Positions 59,562 through 64,000 of a DNA stretch of 64,000 nucleotides are shown one piece after another (the stretch's first letter is position 1; each line of letters begins with the position of its first letter). The notes beneath the pieces were generated by a model. That model was not told the origin of the DNA. It saw only the letters and a program-made list of their open reading frames with translations, and did no database searches. The position numbers and the translations under genes are program-made. Where the stretch lies: the NCBI GenBank assembly GCA_037442205.1, contig JBBIQS010000017.1, forward strand, positions 21,964-85,963, given 5' to 3'. The stretch comes from Myxococcales bacterium. GTDB taxonomy: Bacteria > Myxococcota > Myxococcia > Myxococcales > UBA5297.

Positions 59562-61664
59562 CTACTCCTCCTCCACCTCGGCCTTGGCCTTGCCCTTGTG
59601 CTCGGCGACCACCTTCTCGGCCAGGTGGCCGGGCAGCTCGTCGTAGTGGCTGAACTCCATGGTGAAGCTGCCGCGGCCGCTGGTGATCGAGCGCAGGTCG
59701 GGGGCGTAGGTGAGCAGCTCGCTCATCGGCACCTGGGCCTTGATGATCTGGTTCTTGCCCTTGGTGTCCACTCCCAGCACCCGGCCGCGGCGCTGGTTGA
59801 CGTCGCCGATCACGTCGCCGGTGCACTCGTCGGGGATGGTGATCTCCACGTTCATCACCGGCTCGAGCAGGACGGGCTTGGCCAGCAGGAAGCCGGCCTT
59901 GAAACCCTTGCTGCCGGCCATCTGGAAGGAGAAGTCGCTGGAGTCGACGTCGTGGAACTTGCCGTCGTAGAGGTGGACCTTGACGTCGACCACCGGGTAG
60001 CCGGCGTAGACCCCGCGCGCCAGGCCGGCGCGGATCCCCTTGTCCACCGAGGGGATGAAGTTGCGCGGGATGGACCCGCCGACGATCTCGTCCAGGAACT
60101 CGTAGCCGCCGCCGCGGACGTTGGGCTCGATGTTCAGGTAGCAGACCCCGAACTGGCCGCGCCCGCCGGACTGCTTCTTGTGCTTGCCCTCGACGCCCTT
60201 GGCGGTGCCCTTGATGGTCTCGCGGTAGGGGATCTTCGGCGGCAGCAGCTCGACGTCCACCGAGTACTTGCGCTTGAGCCGCTCGACGGTGACCTCGATG
60301 TGGGTCTGGCCCACGCCGCCGATCAGCGTCTCGCCGGCCTCGACGTCGCGGCTGATCTCCAGGGTCGGGTCCTCCTCGTGCAGGCGGTGCAGGGCGTTGG
60401 CGATGCGGTCCTCGTCCTGCTTGGTCTTGGGCTTGAGGGCGTAGGTGATCACCGGCTTGAGGCGCGGGATGTCGGGCAGCTTCACCGGCTGCTTGGACTC
60501 GGTCAGCGAGTCGCCGGTGAGGGTGTCCTTGAGCTTGGCGATCACCGCCAGGTCGCCGGCCACCGCCCTGGGCACCGGTTCATACTTGCGGCCCTGCAGG
60601 TTCAGCAGCTGGGTATAGCGCTCGGTGGTCTGGTGGTTGGCGTTGTAGATCTGCCCGTCGCCGGGCATGGTCCCCGACCAGACCCGGAACAGCGACAGCT
60701 TGCCCTGGAACTGGTCGACGATGGTCCGGAAGACCTGGGCCGCCAACGGGCCGTTGGGATCGCAGGAGCGCTCGACCTCGGCGTGCTCGCCCTTGGCGTC
60801 GTGGGCCTTGACCGGGGTCCGGTCGGCCGGGGAGGGGCAGCTGGCGACCAGGAAGTCGAGCAGCGCCGAGGCGCCGATGTTGCGAGTGCCCGAGGCGTAG
60901 AGCACCGGCACCAGGGTGCCGGCGTTGACCGCCTTGACCAGCCCGCCCTTGAGCTCCTCGGCGTTCAGGTCGCCGACCTCGAGGTAGTGCTCGGTGAGCT
61001 TGTCGTCGGTGGAGGCCACCGCGTCCACCAGCGCCTCGCGGGCGCGCTTGGCGGTGGCGGCCAGGTCGGCCGGGACGTCATCCTCCTGCACCGCCCCCGA
61101 GTCGCTCTTGTAGCGCAGGGCCTTCATGGTCAGCAGGTCGATGATTCCGGCGAACTTGTCCTCCTTGCCCAGCGGCAGCTGCACCGGAGTGGCCTTGTCG
61201 GAGAGCGAGGCGCGAATGTCGGCCAGCACGCCCTCGGGGTCGGCCCGGTCGCGGTCCATCTTGTTGATCACCAGGATCCGCGGCAGCCGGGCCTCGGCGG
61301 CGAAGCCCCAGGTGCGGTCGGTCTGCACCTGCACCCCGGAGACCGCGTCGACCAGGATTACCGCCACGTCCACCGCGGTGACCGCGGCCCGGGTGTCCAT
61401 CAGGAAGTTGGAGTCGCCGGGGGTGTCGAGAAAGTTGACCTTGTGGTCCTTCCAGCCGGCCCAGGCCAGGTGCAGGCCGATCGAGGCGTGGTGCTTCACC
61501 TCCTCGGGCTCGGTGTCGAGGTTGCTGCTGCCGTCGGCCACCGAGCCGAGCTTGGGGGTGGCCTTGGCGGTGCAGAGCAGGGCCTCGAGCAGCTGGGTCT
61601 TGCCCGCGCCCTGGTGGCCGAACAGGCCGGCGTTGCGGATCTTCCGGGGGTCCTGGACGTTCAT
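59562..61664 (-). CDS. Elongation factor G paralog (EF-G-like GTPase)
   Basis: Inside track ORF 59562..61772, with ATG at 61664, giving 700 aa. G1 GHQGAGKT, G3 DTPGDSNF, G4 NKMDR, with domains II-V recognisable. It is not in an rpsL-rpsG-fusA-tuf context. Confidence 0.85.
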   Translation of the reverse strand: MNVQDPRKIRNAGLFGHQGAGKTQLLEALLCTAKATPKLGSVADGSSNLDTEPEEVKHHASIGLHLAWAGWKDHKVNFLDTPGDSNFLMDTRAAVTAVDVAVILVDAVSGVQVQTDRTWGFAAEARLPRILVINKMDRDRADPEGVLADIRASLSDKATPVQLPLGKEDKFAGIIDLLTMKALRYKSDSGAVQEDDVPADLAATAKRAREALVDAVASTDDKLTEHYLEVGDLNAEELKGGLVKAVNAGTLVPVLYASGTRNIGASALLDFLVASCPSPADRTPVKAHDAKGEHAEVERSCDPNGPLAAQVFRTIVDQFQGKLSLFRVWSGTMPGDGQIYNANHQTTERYTQLLNLQGRKYEPVPRAVAGDLAVIAKLKDTLTGDSLTESKQPVKLPDIPRLKPVITYALKPKTKQDEDRIANALHRLHEEDPTLEISRDVEAGETLIGGVGQTHIEVTVERLKRKYSVDVELLPPKIPYRETIKGTAKGVEGKHKKQSGGRGQFGVCYLNIEPNVRGGGYEFLDEIVGGSIPRNFIPSVDKGIRAGLARGVYAGYPVVDVKVHLYDGKFHDVDSSDFSFQMAGSKGFKAGFLLAKPVLLEPVMNVEITIPDECTGDVIGDVNQRRGRVLGVDTKGKNQIIKAQVPMSELLTYAPDLRSITSGRGSFTMEFSHYDELPGHLAEKVVAEHKGKAKAEVEEE

Positions 61665-62113
61665 GAGCGCCTCGAGCGCCCGCCTCGACGTCAGGCAGGG
61701 CGCGACGTTGATGGAGAAGAGATCGGGGGGCGGGCGGGATCGGTTTTTCCCAAGGCTTGGCTCCCCTTCCAACCTTGCTGCCGAGCGGGCCCTCGCCTGC
61801 CCGGCCGCGGAAAAACTGGCCGTACACTAGGCAGATGGACCTGGGCGAGTCAAACCGCGCCGCTGGCCACTATTCGACGATCCACTGCCCGACATAAGCA
61901 GAGTTAAAACAAGGACTTCTGGGGCTTTCTGGCGGCGGAAATCGGGCGCGCCGAGAGCGCGCCGGGCGCGACGGCGGAGAGGCGCCGGCGGCGATCCGGT
62001 CGCGCGAGCGCCGCCGTCGAGACGAATCGCCGGAGCGCGCGCGGAGCCCAAGACCGCGGCTCGCCGCACCGCCGGCTGGTTGCCTGCCGCGGAAGTTCGG
62101 TGCCGGCGCCGCG

Positions 62114-64000
62114 CTAGTTGGCCCTGGCGGAGGCGCCCTTGGTGCTGCGGTGGCGGCCCTGGTGGCCGTTGGCCTTGGCGTCGGCCGGGGGCTTGGAGCT
62201 GCCGGAGGCCTTGGACTCGTCGGGCCAGAGGGTGAGCTCCTGGCCGACCTTGAGGGAGACCGTGCGCGAGGAGAGCGAGTTCCAGGAGACGATCTTGTCG
62301 ACGGTGACGTCGAACTTGCGGGCGATGGTCCACAGCGAGTCGCCGTTGGCGACGCCGTAGACGATCTTGACCTTGCCGTTCTCGACGGTCTTCTTGACCA
62401 CGCCGGTGGGGGCCTGGGGCTTCCTGGCCGGCGGCTCGGCGGGGATCTCCTCGGCGGCCGGGGCGGGGTTGAAGCCCTTCTTGCGCGCCTGGGCGGCCAG
62501 CGCCTCCTTGCTGCCGGACGAGCGGGCCACCGGGATGACCAGGTCCATGTTCAGCTTGAGCTTGCGCGAGTCGCGGATGCCGTTGATCCGCATAATCGCC
62601 TCGCTGGCGCTGCCGTAGCGGGCGGCGATCTTGGAGAGGGTGTCGCCGCGGGTGACGTGGTGGACGCGGAAGGTCAGCCGCTCCCTGGGGGCCAGCTTGG
62701 AGAAGTTCTCGGCGAACCTGTCCTTGGTCCCGACCGGCAGGCGGATGCGGTAGTTCTCATTGCCCTTGGAGGCCGGCGGGGTGCACCAGCGGCGCAGCTC
62801 GGGGTTGAGTTCCTGCAGCTCCTCGACCGTGGTTCCCGCCGAGCGGGCGATGACGTCGAGATCGGTGAACTCCGGGACCTCGGCCTCCTCGAACTCCAGC
62901 GGCTTGAGCGGGCTGAACTCCGCCTCGGAAAAGCCGAAGGCTTTCAGGTGCTTGCAGATCAGGGCCGCGGCCATCAGCTTGGGGACGTAGTGGCGGGTCT
63001 CCTTGCGGAAGACCCGGCTCTTGCTCATCTCCCAGAAGTCGGTGGTCTTGCGATCTTTGACCGCGAAGCGGACGCGGTTCTCGCCGGCGTTGTAGCTGGC
63101 CCAGGCCAGCCGCCAGTCGCCGAACTCGGCGTAGAGCTCTTTGAGGTACTGGGCGGCGGCGGCGGTGGCCTTGATCGGGTCGCGGCGCTGGTCGAGCCAG
63201 AAGTCGCTGGCCAGGCCGTAGCGGCGGCCGGTGGCCTCGATGAACTGCCACATCCCCGAGGCGCGGGCGCGGGAGTAGGCCAGCGGGCTGAAGCCGGACT
63301 CGATCATCGACAGGTAGACCGTGTCCTCTGGGAGGCCGGATTCCTTGAGGGTCTGGCGCATCATCGGCAGGTAGCGGGAGGAGCGCTCGAGCCATTTGAC
63401 GAAGTGCTTGCGGCCGACGGTCTGGAAGAAGCGGATGTACTCGGCGACCAGGGGCTGCATCTCGACCGGGATGTCGTAGAGCTTCTTGGCCTTCTCGATG
63501 TCGAAGGCGCCGACCTCGGCCAGGGCCTCCTGCTCGATCTCGCGGGAGTCGGGGATGAGAGGGAGGGCGCGAGAGGGATCGAGGGCGTCGTCGAGGCGCT
63601 GGTGGAGGGGGTTGGCGGCGCCGGCGCGCTGCAGGGCCTTGAAGATCTCGATGGCGTGCTTGGAGCCCTCGTCGACGGTGGCGGCCTCGGCGGCCTGCAA
63701 CTCCTCCATCTCCTGCTGGGCTTCCTTGATCTCCTTGGCGATGGCGGGAGCCTCGGGAGAGTCGGCGGGAGGGACGGGCTCGACGGCCTCGGCGGCTGGT
63801 TGGGCTTCGGGGGCGGGAGCGGCCGGAGCGATGGCGGCCGGCTGAGGAGCCGCCGGCTGGGAAGCGGCGGGTGGCTCAGCGGGAGGGGCTGCGGGCGCTT
63901 CAGTGGCGGCAGGCGCAGGAGCGGCTGCGGGGGCCTCGGTAGAGGCGGCGGGCTCTGGTTTGGAGGGAGAGGGAGGCGGTTCCGCGGCAGGCGCGGGGAC
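62114..64000 (-). CDS. MltD-like lytic transglycosylase with LysM domains (5' end outside window)
   Basis: Track ORF 62114..63709, and the frame stays open to the window end through an Ala/Pro-rich region. SLT core LSMIESGFSPLAYSRARASGMWQF...AYNAGENRV. At least 2 LysM units (HVTRGDTLSKIAARYG, GVANGDSLWTIARKF). Confidence 0.85.
   Translation of the reverse strand, partial: VPAPAAEPPPSPSKPEPAASTEAPAAAPAPAATEAPAAPPAEPPAASQPAAPQPAAIAPAAPAPEAQPAAEAVEPVPPADSPEAPAIAKEIKEAQQEMEELQAAEAATVDEGSKHAIEIFKALQRAGAANPLHQRLDDALDPSRALPLIPDSREIEQEALAEVGAFDIEKAKKLYDIPVEMQPLVAEYIRFFQTVGRKHFVKWLERSSRYLPMMRQTLKESGLPEDTVYLSMIESGFSPLAYSRARASGMWQFIEATGRRYGLASDFWLDQRRDPIKATAAAAQYLKELYAEFGDWRLAWASYNAGENRVRFAVKDRKTTDFWEMSKSRVFRKETRHYVPKLMAAALICKHLKAFGFSEAEFSPLKPLEFEEAEVPEFTDLDVIARSAGTTVEELQELNPELRRWCTPPASKGNENYRIRLPVGTKDRFAENFSKLAPRERLTFRVHHVTRGDTLSKIAARYGSASEAIMRINGIRDSRKLKLNMDLVIPVARSSGSKEALAAQARKKGFNPAPAAEEIPAEPPARKPQAPTGVVKKTVENGKVKIVYGVANGDSLWTIARKFDVTVDKIVSWNSLSSRTVSLKVGQELTLWPDESKASGSSKPPADAKANGHQGRHRSTKGASARAN

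Noticed and set aside
55743-61907. Long alternate or antisense ORFs 55743..57734 (-, 663 aa) and 59397..61907 (+, 836 aa)
   Set aside because: They are mirror frames of the beta-propeller and EF-G genes with low-complexity Gly/Val/Asp/Leu/Arg content.
61773-62113. About 340 nt of noncoding sequence between the MltD-like gene and the EF-G paralog, including an AT-richer patch (61880-61920), examined for an sRNA or riboswitch
   Set aside because: I found only a 7-bp hairpin (61945..61963, GGCGCGC-cgaga-GCGCGCC) with a weak T-tract on the minus strand and no motif I recognise. The 19-codon ORF at 61835 has no supporting features.

Overview
High-GC bacterial chromosomal segment (hand-counted 60-nt samples give about 68-72% GC in most genes), gene-dense on both strands. 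I call 50 protein-coding genes, two of them cut by the window edges, and a 4-tRNA cluster (Pro-TGG, Arg-TCT, His-GTG, Arg-TCG). I saw no rRNA, CRISPR array, transposase or integrase. The gene content suggests a Myxococcota-like organism, but that is inference only: a MYXO-CTERM-like tail, PEGA, FHA, TPR and Kelch envelope proteins, Ala/Pro/Ser low-complexity linkers, and several -24/-12 promoter boxes. Recognisable housekeeping genes are rph-rdgB, purC/purB, treZ, a glutamate dehydrogenase, an EF-G paralog, HtrA, an Amidase_3 amidase, an MltD-like transglycosylase, a Kef-type antiporter and a Na/Pi cotransporter. Most long ORFs in the six-frame track are mirror or alternate-frame artefacts of the high GC content and were not called. 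The items most worth a second look are: (1) a sigma-54-type promoter driving an MBL-fold (HxHxDH) protein fused to two cNMP-binding domains and an unassigned N-terminal region; (2) a sigma-54-type promoter driving a beta-barrel OMP plus a 1616-aa metzincin lipoprotein; (3) an uncharacterised four-gene envelope cluster (PEGA, Kelch, coiled-coil, secreted protein); (4) an M1-like peptidase whose HExxH motif reads HHxxH; (5) a low-GC, rare-codon gene directly downstream of the tRNA cluster; (6) a small basic double CCCH zinc-finger protein whose Shine-Dalgarno lies in an 11-bp inverted repeat; (7) a 59-aa zinc-ribbon ORF below the ORF-track length cutoff. I cannot name one proven novel system. 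All functional readings rest on motif recognition without database searches.
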